DNA of 64,000 nucleotides. Source: a bacterium (GTDB taxonomy: Bacteria; Hinthialibacterota; Hinthialibacteria; Hinthialibacterales; Hinthialibacteraceae). Within the stretch, counting starts at the first letter, position 1; every line of letters begins with the position of its first letter. The translations under genes and the position numbers were made by a program. Below, piece by piece: positions 51,181-60,795 of this stretch. The stretch covers positions 192,001 to 256,000 of the forward strand of contig CAXXMV010000002.1 in assembly GCA_963662285.2 (NCBI GenBank), written 5' to 3'. A model generated the notes under the pieces. The model did not search any database. It was given only the letters and a program-made list of their open reading frames with translations, and was not told the origin of the DNA.

Positions 51181-51693
51181 TTATAATTCTTTGGTATTTC
51201 CAAAAGACCGTATTATGCTGCGTCCGTCTTTCATGAATAAATAGAGCGTCCGGGGAATATTATTACCGCAATCTTCTGAGGTAATTTTCAAATTTAACTG
51301 TTTAAGAATATTTCTGGCGACATCATAATTGCGTTCTCCGATTTTAAAACAGTCTTTTTTATTGTCTGAAACGCAAGCGCCGGCGAGTTTGACTTGCAAC
51401 CGACTTTTTTCTGCGCCTAACTTGATTAGTTTTTGATAGAGAAAGGGGATGCCATCCTCAACGCTCATGGCTGGTTTGGCTAAATTAATTTCCTTTTCAG
51501 AAGAGGGTAATTTACAATGAATCATGCCGCCAATGCGCGATACTGGATCATAAAGAGAAAGCCCAAGACATGAACCTAGAGAATAAGTAACAATGATTTC
51601 TTTGGGATTAGCGCTGATTTGCATTTCTCCGATACCGATGGTTCGGATGAAATTCTTTTTTTCAAAGAGATGCAGAGACAATTTTTTCATCAA
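51181..51693 (-). CDS. cheD: Chemoreceptor glutamine deamidase CheD
   Basis: TYSLGSCLG, GGMIH..LP, KLAGA, IGERN, EDCG...R. Confidence 0.88.
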   Translation of the reverse strand: MMKKLSLHLFEKKNFIRTIGIGEMQISANPKEIIVTYSLGSCLGLSLYDPVSRIGGMIHCKLPSSEKEINLAKPAMSVEDGIPFLYQKLIKLGAEKSRLQVKLAGACVSDNKKDCFKIGERNYDVARNILKQLNLKITSEDCGNNIPRTLYLFMKDGRSIIRSFGNTKEL

Positions 51694-51826
51694 GAATACC
51701 TGTAAAACCTTTGTAATAGAGGCGTTTGGCGGTTAAGGCTTATTTAATGCATTATCATTATACCCGCTGTGCGATAAAAAACACGCATGCTAAGACCAAT
51801 GGGGAAGAATATGGAGAATATTTTCT

Positions 51827-53047
51827 ATGCGCCAGTTATTTAGATTAAATTATTTATTTTGTTGCTTAATTATAACCAGCTTGGTTTACGCAAATGATGA
51901 TGCAACCTATTGGAAAAGGCATGTCATAGACCATACATCCCAAGGCGCTGACGGCGTCAAGTTGGCGGACGCCAATGGCGACGGGCTGTTGGATATAGCC
52001 ACTGGTTGGGAAGAAGGCGGCGTGATCCGGGTGTATTTTAATCCGGGGCCGGAGAAAGCCCGTCAGCCATGGCCTAAAATTACGGTTGGCAACATCGCCT
52101 CTCCAGAAGATGCGGTTCTGGTTGATCTCAATGATGATGGACAAAAGGATGTGGTGAGTTGCTGCGAGGGCAATGTTTGTCAGGTCAATATCCACTGGGC
52201 GCCAGCTTGCCCTGTCGAATATGGCATCGAGACTACATGGAAAACAACGCCGATCCCCGTTACTCAGGGCATGGCGCAGTGGATGTTTTGCGTTCCAATG
52301 CAGGTTGACGGCAAGTATGGCGTTGATCTGGTTTTGGGTTCTAAAAACAAAAATGCTCAAGTCGGGTGGTTGGAAGCGCCCGCTGATCCTTCAAAAGTAG
52401 ACCAATGGAAATGGCATCCAATTATTGACGCCGGTTGGATTATGTCCATTATCGATATTGATATGGATAAGGACGGTGATAAGGATTTACTGGTTTCTGA
52501 CCGAAAGGGAGATGCGAGGGGCTGTTACTGGTTAGAAAACCCTGGAGTAGACAAAATAAATGATAAATGGATTCGACATTCCATTAGCGCCAGTGATAAA
52601 GAATTTCTGTTTCTTGATATATCTGATTTAAATGGCGATAACTGGCTGGATGTATTGGTAGCCGTAAAGCCTTCTGAATTTTTAATCTATTACGCGCAGA
52701 ATCCCGGTTTAACCAAATGGGAGAAGTCGGTTGTAGCGTTCCCTGATAATACAGGCCGGGGGAAAGCGGTGCGCGCCGGACGAATAAACCAAGATAGTAA
52801 TGTGGATATAGTAGTCTCCTGCGAAGGCGCTGAGGATGGAAAGCAGGGCGTCTTCTGGATGGAGGGCATGGGTAATGGCGCAGAGCCAAAATGGCGCTAT
52901 CATCCCATTAGCGGCCCTGAAGGAATTAAGTTCGACCTGATAGAATTAATCGACCTGGATGGCGACGGCGATCTTGATGTTCTTACCTGTGAGGAGCGGG
53001 ATAATCTGGGCGTTATCTGGTACGAGAATCAAATATCTGTTAAGTAA
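51827..53047 (+). CDS. Secreted FG-GAP/VCBS repeat (beta-propeller) protein
   Basis: Repeated DxNxDGxxD Ca-binding motifs, W.ENP; signal peptide. Confidence 0.85.
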   Translation: MRQLFRLNYLFCCLIITSLVYANDDATYWKRHVIDHTSQGADGVKLADANGDGLLDIATGWEEGGVIRVYFNPGPEKARQPWPKITVGNIASPEDAVLVDLNDDGQKDVVSCCEGNVCQVNIHWAPACPVEYGIETTWKTTPIPVTQGMAQWMFCVPMQVDGKYGVDLVLGSKNKNAQVGWLEAPADPSKVDQWKWHPIIDAGWIMSIIDIDMDKDGDKDLLVSDRKGDARGCYWLENPGVDKINDKWIRHSISASDKEFLFLDISDLNGDNWLDVLVAVKPSEFLIYYAQNPGLTKWEKSVVAFPDNTGRGKAVRAGRINQDSNVDIVVSCEGAEDGKQGVFWMEGMGNGAEPKWRYHPISGPEGIKFDLIELIDLDGDGDLDVLTCEERDNLGVIWYENQISVK

Positions 53048-53078
53048 CTATTTTAATGTGATTAAGGAGAGAAAAGTC

Positions 53079-54032
53079 ATGTCTAGATTCATGGGTTTAT
53101 TGTGTTTACTATTGATTGCCTTTTGCGGCGTGGTTTACGCCCAGGATGCAGCGGTTGAAACTGCTGTTGACGCTGCTGCTGATGTAGTAAAAGAGGTTGT
53201 GGTAAGATCTATTCCCTCTTATCATACTATTCCTCTGTGGCCGGATAAAGTTCCAGGCAAATTAGAATCGGATGAAAAAGAATGGCCTACTTTGACTCTT
53301 TATCTTCTTCCTGAGGGAGTTGGAAACGGTTCGGCGGTGGTAATTTGTCCCGGCGGCGGCTATGGTCATCTGGCTATGGATCATGAAGGTCATCAGGTTG
53401 GGAGGTGGCTCAACAGCATTGGTGTTGCAGGCATTATTCTTCAATACCGTCATGCTCCAGATTATCATCATCCCATCCCCATGCAGGATGCTTTACGCGC
53501 GATGCGTACGGTTCGGCATCGCTCTGCTGAATGGAAGATTGATCCTAAGAAAATTGGAATAATTGGTTTCTCGGCTGGCGGACACCTGGCTTCGACGGTT
53601 GGAACTCATTTCGATGAAGGTGATAAAAACAGCGAAGACCCGATTGAAACAGTCAGTTCACGGCCTGATTTTATGATTCTGGGTTATCCGGTTATTACTT
53701 TCGGAAATGATTATCACCACGGCGGTTCTATGAGGAATTTAATCGGCGAGAATCCTGATCCATCGTTGATTGAGTATTATTCCAACCATTTGCAAATATC
53801 GCCTTATACGCCTCCGACATTCCTGGTGCATAGCAGCGACGATAAAGTTGTTCCAGTTGAAAATAGTCTTATGTTCTTTAAGGAACTTAGCCGGCTTTCG
53901 GTTCCCGCGGAGATGCATATTTACCAGTATGGCGGTCATGGATTCGGTCTTGGCCCCAAGGACCCTGTTTTGAACAGCTGGACCAAGCGCTGTGAAGACT
54001 GGATGCGTTATCTCGGTTTCTTGAATAAATAG
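53079..54032 (+). CDS. Secreted alpha/beta hydrolase (BD-FAE/acetylxylan esterase-like)
   Basis: CPGGGY, GFSAGG, DDKVV, HGFG; ATG at 53079 with AAGGAG RBS. Confidence 0.9.
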   Translation: MSRFMGLLCLLLIAFCGVVYAQDAAVETAVDAAADVVKEVVVRSIPSYHTIPLWPDKVPGKLESDEKEWPTLTLYLLPEGVGNGSAVVICPGGGYGHLAMDHEGHQVGRWLNSIGVAGIILQYRHAPDYHHPIPMQDALRAMRTVRHRSAEWKIDPKKIGIIGFSAGGHLASTVGTHFDEGDKNSEDPIETVSSRPDFMILGYPVITFGNDYHHGGSMRNLIGENPDPSLIEYYSNHLQISPYTPPTFLVHSSDDKVVPVENSLMFFKELSRLSVPAEMHIYQYGGHGFGLGPKDPVLNSWTKRCEDWMRYLGFLNK

Positions 54033-54047
54033 ATTTGTTTCCCGATA

Positions 54048-54741
54048 ATGAAAAAACAACTGTTAATCACTACATCCATAATTGTACTACTCGGCGCCGC
54101 GGTTATTTTCAGCGGCGCCGGAGATAATTATACGGCGAAGGCAATGCGGGGCTGGACGGTTCAAGTGAATAACCAGCTATTGAATGCTGAAAAAGATTTA
54201 GGCGAAAAGGTCCTGGATTTGCTGGACGCCAAGCTGCTGGATATCAACCGCGTTATCCCTAATAAAGCATTGGAGCAATTGCATAAAGTTCAGATATGGA
54301 TTGATGTTGATGACGAAAATTATCCATGCGCCGTCTATCATCCTTCTGCCAAGTGGCTTTCTGAACATGGCATGGATCCGAGGAAGGCCCGGTCGGTTCA
54401 TATATCCAACGCAGCTAATTTTCTGAAATGGACTATCGAGCAACCGTCAATGGTTTTGCATGAACTGGCGCACGCCTATCATCATCAGGTTTTAGGCTAT
54501 GATAATCCGGTAATAAAGCAGGCTTTCAAAAAGGCGGTGGACGGGGGCGCCTATGAATCAGTTATGCGCTATAACGGCGAGATGCAACGCGCCCTACGCC
54601 CTCAACAATGATCAGGAGTATTTCGCAGAATTGAGCGAAGCCTTTTTTGGTGTTAATGACTTTTACCCGTTTGTAAAAGCGGAAGTCATGCAGCATGATC
54701 CTGATATGTATAAAGCCTTGCAGGAATTGTGGGGCGCGTGA
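54048..54741 (+). pseudogene. Secreted zinc metallopeptidase (HELAH...EYFAE) with a +1 frameshift
   Basis: HExxH in one frame, YALNNDQEYFAELSEAFF in the next; removing one C at 54592-54594 restores a 230-aa ORF. Confidence 0.8.
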
Positions 54742-54794
54742 TGCCTTCCTGCTGCATTTTAACGCCATTGCGTATTCTAAGGTTTTGATAACAA

Positions 54795-54933
54795 CCCCCT
54801 CTTGAATTCTCCCCCAACTTGGGGGAGAGAGATTTTGGGATTTAACCAGTTGTATTGTTTTGGCTTAGATATACCAAATACTGTGGATATACATTCCTCT
54901 CCCAAGATTGGGAGAGGTTAGGAGAGGGTTGAT
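54795..54933 (-). repeat. Family D element (inverted copy of 7171-7284)
   Basis: Direct alignment by eye; contains a CTCTCCCAAGATTGGGAGAG hairpin. Confidence 0.85.
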
Positions 54934-55014
54934 ACTTGCAATTTTCTCATAAGAATAACCAATAATACAGAGTTTACCTTTTCGGTAAGATACTTATTAG
55001 AATAACGAGGATTA

Positions 55015-56244
55015 ATGATGGCTTTTTCTTTTTCTGCGGTTGAAAATGGCGGCGTTACGACGCCTAAAGGTTTTAAGGCGGCTGGCGTAGCGGCGGGCAT
55101 CAAGTCTAAAGGAGCGTTGGACCTGGGATTTTTAATCTCGCAAGTACGTTGTCCGGTGGCAGGGGTTTTTACCACTAACCAACTTAAAGGCGCATCGTTG
55201 TTAGTTACCAGAGAGCATCTGGCGGATGGTTATGGTCAGGTGGTGATCGTCAATAGCGGCAATGCCAATGCCTGCACAGGCGAGCGGGGGCTGCTCGACG
55301 CCCGTGAAATTGCGCGTTATCTGGGACGGAAATTGGGAATTCCCGCGCAGGATGTTCTGCCCAGTTCGACGGGCGTCATTGGAGTCTTTCTTCCACTGCC
55401 AATTATCCGGGATGCGATTGACAAAGCGATTCCCCTGTTTGATGAAAATAGCGGGGCGGATATGTCCCGCGCCATTATGACCACTGATACAGTTCCAAAA
55501 ACTGCGGCCTACAAGGTTGTGGTGGATAACCGGTTATTCTCCATTGGCGGGACGGCTAAAGGCGCTGGCATGATTATGCCTAATATGGCGACCATGCTTT
55601 CCTATATTACGACCGATGTGCGCATCTCTCCAGAGAATCTCCAGATTTTTCTCAATAACGCGGTGGCCAAAAGTTATAACCGGTTGACCATTGACGGCGA
55701 CACCAGCTGCGACGACACCGTTCTGCTAATGGCCAATGGATTGTCGGATAGCACCGAAATTGCTCCTGGATGCGGCGAAGTTGCGGAAGCGTTTCAGGAA
55801 GCGCTTAATAAACTCTGCCTGGATTTGACGCTTCAGCTGGCGCGTGATGGTGAAGGCGTTACTAAAGTTGCGTATATCCGGGTGCGGGGGACGCGACGTG
55901 AGGAAGATGCATTGACGGCGGCGCGGTCAATCGCCAATTCGCCTTTGGTTAAAACCGCGATTCATGGCTGCGACCCGAATTGGGGACGAATTCTTACGGC
56001 TGCCGGGTATAGCGGAGTTGAATTTGATCCTGGCATAGTCGATTTATGGATCGGTAATGTTCAGGTTATGCAAAGTGGACGGCCTGCGAATTTTGAAGAA
56101 GAGGATGCCTACAATGTCATGAGAGGAACTGAATACGACATCGTAATCGACCTGCATCAAGGTGATTACGATGATTTTTATATCACCACCGATTTTTCAA
56201 AAGAGTATATCGATATCAATGCGGACTACCGGCATAGAACTTGA
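55015..56244 (+). CDS. argJ: Ornithine acetyltransferase / N-acetylglutamate synthase
   Basis: NSGNANACTG, STGVIG, IMTTDT, KGAGMIMPNMATML, DGEG, DPNWGR. Confidence 0.96.
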   Translation: MMAFSFSAVENGGVTTPKGFKAAGVAAGIKSKGALDLGFLISQVRCPVAGVFTTNQLKGASLLVTREHLADGYGQVVIVNSGNANACTGERGLLDAREIARYLGRKLGIPAQDVLPSSTGVIGVFLPLPIIRDAIDKAIPLFDENSGADMSRAIMTTDTVPKTAAYKVVVDNRLFSIGGTAKGAGMIMPNMATMLSYITTDVRISPENLQIFLNNAVAKSYNRLTIDGDTSCDDTVLLMANGLSDSTEIAPGCGEVAEAFQEALNKLCLDLTLQLARDGEGVTKVAYIRVRGTRREEDALTAARSIANSPLVKTAIHGCDPNWGRILTAAGYSGVEFDPGIVDLWIGNVQVMQSGRPANFEEEDAYNVMRGTEYDIVIDLHQGDYDDFYITTDFSKEYIDINADYRHRT

Positions 56245-56383
56245 TGTGCAGACATCCGCATTTGGGTTTGGAGGTGTTAGTATATATCTATGTAGTTAAT
56301 AGACGTTAATAATAGTCAACAGATTTTTCGAAGCATTATTTTTGGTGCGGGGGAAATAATAAATCGCTTTGTGGAGGTATATA

Positions 56384-57490
56384 GTGAGTCTTTTTTCTAG
56401 TAGTAAATCAGATAATGAATCATTAAAAGAGAGTGTTCTTGCAGCATTAAAGACAGTAGATGATCCGGATTTGCACCGTGATTTGGTGTCGTTGGGTATG
56501 ATAAAAGACCTTAAGGTTGAGGGCGGCAAAGTTTCTTTTGCTATCGAATTGACCACTCCATCCTGTCCGATGAAAGAAATCATGAGGAGTGAATGCCAAG
56601 AGGCTGTTTCCAAGATTGAAGGCGTTAAGGATATTGAAATTGCCCTAACCGCCAATACCGCAGCTTTTCAAGCCGCGACAAAACCCGAACAACAGATGAT
56701 TCCGGGCGTAAAAAATATTATTGCTGTTTCCAGCGGTAAAGGCGGCGTTGGAAAATCCACGGTGGCGTCAAATTTGGCCATTGCCTTAAAGCAGACTGGC
56801 TCCAAAGTCGGTCTGATGGATGCTGATGCTTATGGACCCAATATACCTATGATGATGGGAGTTGCTTCAGAACCAGAGTCTGATGGTAAACAGATTTTTC
56901 CGCCCGAAGCTTATGGCATCAAAGTCATGTCGGTTGGTCTGGTTGCCAAGGGTGATACTCCAATTATCTGGCGTGGACCAATGCTGCACAGCGTGGTTCA
57001 GCAGTTTCTTTTCCAGGTCGCCTGGGGAGAACTTGATTACCTGGTGGTGGATATGCCTCCAGGCACGGGCGATGTTCAGTTGAGTTTGGCTCAACAAACT
57101 CCTATTGCCGGAGTTGTGATGGTAACCATGCCCCAGGAAGTTGCTCAGTCGGATGTCCGCCGGGCTATCCAGATGTTCCGGAAAGTTGGTGTTTCCGTAA
57201 TTGGCATTATCGAAAATATGTCATATTTCCTTTGCCCGGATAACGATAAGAAATATGAGATTTTTGGTTCAGGCGGTGGAGAGAAAATATCCAAGGAATA
57301 TGATATTCCACTTCTGGGCAAACTGGCTATCGATCCCCGCATCGCTAAAGGTGGAGATATTGGCAAACCAATTGTTTTATCAGATCCGGGAAGCCCTGCG
57401 GCAGAGGAGTTTGTTAAACTCGCTGGTTCAATCGCGCAGAAAGTCAGTATTGCCAATAAATTAAGAAAACCGCTTCCGATTGTTGGCTAG
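56384..57490 (+). CDS. mrp: Mrp/NBP35 (ApbC) Fe-S cluster carrier ATPase
   Basis: DUF59-like N-domain (DPDL..LTTPSCP), SGKGGVGKS, WRGPM, DMPPGTGD, ENMS..CP; GTG at 56384 with GGAGG. Confidence 0.93.
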   Translation: MSLFSSSKSDNESLKESVLAALKTVDDPDLHRDLVSLGMIKDLKVEGGKVSFAIELTTPSCPMKEIMRSECQEAVSKIEGVKDIEIALTANTAAFQAATKPEQQMIPGVKNIIAVSSGKGGVGKSTVASNLAIALKQTGSKVGLMDADAYGPNIPMMMGVASEPESDGKQIFPPEAYGIKVMSVGLVAKGDTPIIWRGPMLHSVVQQFLFQVAWGELDYLVVDMPPGTGDVQLSLAQQTPIAGVVMVTMPQEVAQSDVRRAIQMFRKVGVSVIGIIENMSYFLCPDNDKKYEIFGSGGGEKISKEYDIPLLGKLAIDPRIAKGGDIGKPIVLSDPGSPAAEEFVKLAGSIAQKVSIANKLRKPLPIVG

Positions 57491-57600
57491 TACTGTGTCC
57501 AACACATAATATCGGGTAACAAAATCCCTCTCCCTCAGGGAGAGGGTTGGGGTGAGGGGTAAATTCTAACAACTCTCTCCAAAATGAATTGGTCACACTA
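57491..57600. mobile_element. 110-bp MITE-like element flanked by CTAG
   Basis: CTAG|TACTGTGTCCAA ... TTGGTCACACTA|CTAG; internal CCCTCTCCC..GGGAGAGGG hairpin. Confidence 0.65.
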
Positions 57601-57654
57601 CTAGAGTGGATTGCTTTATTAACGAAATTGTTCAGCGGTAGTCCAGGAGATTAA

Positions 57655-58077
57655 TTGATGTCGGTTGAACTAACGCGGCGAACTCATTTCGCCGCTTCTC
57701 ATAGATTGCATAGCCCATATCTAAGCGATGAGGAGAATCGTGCTGTTTATGGGAAATGCAATAATCCGAATGGCCATGGGCATAATTATTATTTGGAAGT
57801 TACGGTTGAAGGAGAACCTGATCCCAAGACAGGGATGATTATCAATCTGTATGAACTGGATAAAATTATTGATCAGGAATTGATTAATCAAGTTGATCAC
57901 ATGAATTTGAATCATGACGCGCCCTTTATCAAAGATATAATTCCAACAGTTGAAAATTTAGTAGTCGCTTTTTGGGATTTCCTGGAATCCCGTTTGTCGC
58001 AGGTAAAGTTGAAAAAATTACGCTTATGGGAATCAGATAATAACTCTGCTACCTATTATGGTTCAAAAAATGAGTAA
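57655..58077 (+). CDS. 6-pyruvoyl-tetrahydropterin synthase family (COG0720), CX5HGH motif
   Basis: [33 protein letters not shown]. Confidence 0.9.
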   Translation: MMSVELTRRTHFAASHRLHSPYLSDEENRAVYGKCNNPNGHGHNYYLEVTVEGEPDPKTGMIINLYELDKIIDQELINQVDHMNLNHDAPFIKDIIPTVENLVVAFWDFLESRLSQVKLKKLRLWESDNNSATYYGSKNE

Positions 58078-58717
58078 AATAATAAATCCCGCAAACCATG
58101 ATGATGACTTGGATTATCCTGAAAGTATTCAAGAAAATATTCCTTCTTCCGGGATCGATCCAATTCAAACGTTAACCCGTGAACTGCTTGTCAATATTGG
58201 CGTTGATCCAGACCGGGAAGGGCTGGTGAAAACTCCCGAAAGAGTTGCGCGAGCCATACGCTTTCTGACGCGCGGTTACGACCAGGATGTTGAAGGTATA
58301 ATTAACGGCGCCATTTTTGAAGAAGAATGCGATGAAATGGTGGTGGTCGCCAATATCGATTTCTTTAGCCTGTGCGAGCATCACATGCTTCCCTTTTTTG
58401 GAAAAGCCCATGTGGGTTATATCCCCAAAGGCAAAGTTATAGGCTTGTCCAAGCTGCCGCGCATAGTTGAAATATTCAGTCGGCGTTTGCAATTGCAGGA
58501 ACGGATGACAATGCAGATTGCGCAAGTAATTGAAGACGCAATTAATCCGATGGGAGTAGCCGTCGTTACTGAGGCGCAACATCTTTGCATGATGATGCGC
58601 GGAGTAGAAAAGGTTAACAGCAACACGGTAACCAGTTCGATGCGGGGCGTATTTAGAAAAAACCGGGGAACCCGTGAAGAATTTATGGAATTCATCCACC
58701 GGGGCACGTCGAGATAA
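58070..58717 (+). CDS. folE: GTP cyclohydrolase I
   Basis: [37 protein letters not shown]. Confidence 0.96.
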   Translation: MSKIINPANHDDDLDYPESIQENIPSSGIDPIQTLTRELLVNIGVDPDREGLVKTPERVARAIRFLTRGYDQDVEGIINGAIFEEECDEMVVVANIDFFSLCEHHMLPFFGKAHVGYIPKGKVIGLSKLPRIVEIFSRRLQLQERMTMQIAQVIEDAINPMGVAVVTEAQHLCMMMRGVEKVNSNTVTSSMRGVFRKNRGTREEFMEFIHRGTSR

Positions 58718-58728
58718 AACAAGTCTTT

Positions 58729-60120
58729 TTATTTATTGGATGCTTCAGGATTCCGGGCGATCACTACTACGGATAAACCAAATGGAGTCTTAAAAAATCT
58801 TTCCATTCGTACTAATGGATGGAGCAAGGTAAAGAAGCGTAGTTGAAATTTAGGAAGCACTTTTCGCCGTAAGATGCGGCTGTTAAGAAACCAGCCCGGC
58901 ACGCCCCACATATTGAAGAAGAACGTCTCTTCCACTTCAAATCCTGCGTCTTTGATTTGCTGCAGTAATGCTTTTTTAGAATAACGCCGGTAATGATCAA
59001 GTCCCTTATCCAGGCTGCCATAAAGCGCCTTGAGTGAAGGAACCAGCAATATCAGTCTTCCTCCGGGGATCAGCAGCGATTTCATGTTTTGCAACGCCTG
59101 GTCATCATCTTCAATATGTTCGAGAACATTCAAGCATACTACGGTATCAAGATTGTATGATTTCAATTCATCGGATGGTTCTTTGGAGGCATCGAATTGA
59201 TGAATGCGCATACGGTCATTTTCAACAAATCTCTGTCGCATTGTATGCAGATGGTTTTTAGCGTAATCGGTAGCTACCACTATCTCGTTTCCCAAAAGAA
59301 AACGGGTGAAATTGCCTGCCCCCGAACCAATTTCTAAAATTCGTTTACCGATCAGATGAGCAACTCTTTGATGGAATATTTCATAATACTTATTGACGGA
59401 GGATAATCGGAATAATGTCTCTTCACCGATATCCATGGTGGTTAACCGGCATCGAATCAACCAGTAAATCAAGGCGAAGGTATCAGTCCATTTAAGCTTT
59501 TTGCCATCTTCATAAGTACGCCCGGCATACGAAACGGGGACTTCGTATACGCGCAGTTTCTTACGCAAAACTCTACCCGTAACTTCAGCTTCAAAACCAA
59601 ATCTATCAGCATTTAATTTGATGGATTTCAAAATATCAGCATCAAACATTTTGTAGCAGGTAGTCATATCGGAAAGAATGGTATTAAAAAGAATATTACA
59701 TAAGCCAGTAACGAGTTTGTTGCCTAAATAGTGAGTAAGATGAAAAACCCGGTGAGAACCGAGAAAACGGGTGCCAAATACCACATCCGCTTTATCAGAT
59801 TCAAATAGTTCAAGCATTCTGCCATATTCTTCGGGGTAATACTCAAGGTCGGCGTCCTGGATGACAACCACATCACCGCTGACATGCGGCAAGGCGGAAC
59901 GAATCGCCGCGCCTTTCCCCTCATTTTCTGTTTTATGAATAACTTGAACATCGGGAAGATTTTTATTTTCAATATCCCGCAGAATATCTCCGGTTCCATC
60001 AGTTGAACCATCGTTAACAATGATGAGTTCTTTATCGAAAGGAGTCCCCTGCACTCGTCGAATAATCTCGTCAATAGTGTTAAATTCGTTGTATACCGGG
60101 ATGATAATAGAAAGCCGCAT
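58729..60120 (-). CDS. GT2 (DPM1-like) glycosyltransferase fused to a class I SAM methyltransferase
   Basis: IIPVYNE, NDGSTDG, QDADLEY; LEIGSGAG, NVLEHI, HYRRY. Confidence 0.9.
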   Translation of the reverse strand: MRLSIIIPVYNEFNTIDEIIRRVQGTPFDKELIIVNDGSTDGTGDILRDIENKNLPDVQVIHKTENEGKGAAIRSALPHVSGDVVVIQDADLEYYPEEYGRMLELFESDKADVVFGTRFLGSHRVFHLTHYLGNKLVTGLCNILFNTILSDMTTCYKMFDADILKSIKLNADRFGFEAEVTGRVLRKKLRVYEVPVSYAGRTYEDGKKLKWTDTFALIYWLIRCRLTTMDIGEETLFRLSSVNKYYEIFHQRVAHLIGKRILEIGSGAGNFTRFLLGNEIVVATDYAKNHLHTMRQRFVENDRMRIHQFDASKEPSDELKSYNLDTVVCLNVLEHIEDDDQALQNMKSLLIPGGRLILLVPSLKALYGSLDKGLDHYRRYSKKALLQQIKDAGFEVEETFFFNMWGVPGWFLNSRILRRKVLPKFQLRFFTLLHPLVRMERFFKTPFGLSVVVIARNPEASNK

Positions 60121-60249
60121 AGTAGTTAACGCTGTTATTTTTTTAGATAATTTCTTCGATATGCAATCTTAAATGATTTCTCTTTTTTACGAAATTGTTC
60201 TTAATCAAGAAACTATGTAATAGAATGTAAGAACTAAAAACTGTTTTTC

Positions 60250-60618
60250 CTAGATGATGCGAATGATCAGTGGATATCGATAACTAATTCCGTCATTGGC
60301 CTGAATAGACGCGTATATTGTACAAAAAGCCCAGAATATGAACAATAACATTAGCAAAGGCAATCCGATAATGAAAAGCAGTAACAGGCCGCAAAAGATA
60401 CTGTATATTGATACGCTTAATTGAAAATTAACCGCCTCTTTCCCTTGTTCATCTATAAACGATGAATCATGCCTTTTCAGGAGCCATAATATCAAGGGTG
60501 CAATTACATGTCCAAAAGGCGGGAGGATAAAAATAGCAAATCCCGCTAAATGGCAAAAGGTCGCCCAGTTGCTTTCTTCTCTAGTAATCTCTGAAGGAAT
60601 TCCTAAATCATTATTCAT
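60250..60618 (-). CDS. DUF4870 family membrane protein
   Basis: WATFCHL, PLILWL, QGKEAVNFQ, YRYP; ATG at 60618 with AAGGAG. Confidence 0.85.
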   Translation of the reverse strand: MNNDLGIPSEITREESNWATFCHLAGFAIFILPPFGHVIAPLILWLLKRHDSSFIDEQGKEAVNFQLSVSIYSIFCGLLLLFIIGLPLLMLLFIFWAFCTIYASIQANDGISYRYPLIIRII

Positions 60619-60795
60619 TCCATTCTCCTTGATGAATGGCATTATACTGTGTTTTTATTGCGCTGTACTGGGTTACGGCGATATGTTGAGAAAATTTTGG
60701 CCGGTTAGATTTTCTTTACTATATTCTATTATTGATATACGCTGAAAAGCATAATTCAATTTCGAAAAAAAGCTAAAAAATATAATAAAAAAATA

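Noticed and set aside
51694-51826. c-di-GMP riboswitch upstream of cheD
   Set aside because: No GEMM consensus (GGCAAA..GAAA..GACGCAAA) recognisable on either strand
58172-58722. Long antisense ORFs (also 10533-11015, 37146-37873, 61818-62390)
   Set aside because: Shadow frames of well-supported genes, with no motifs
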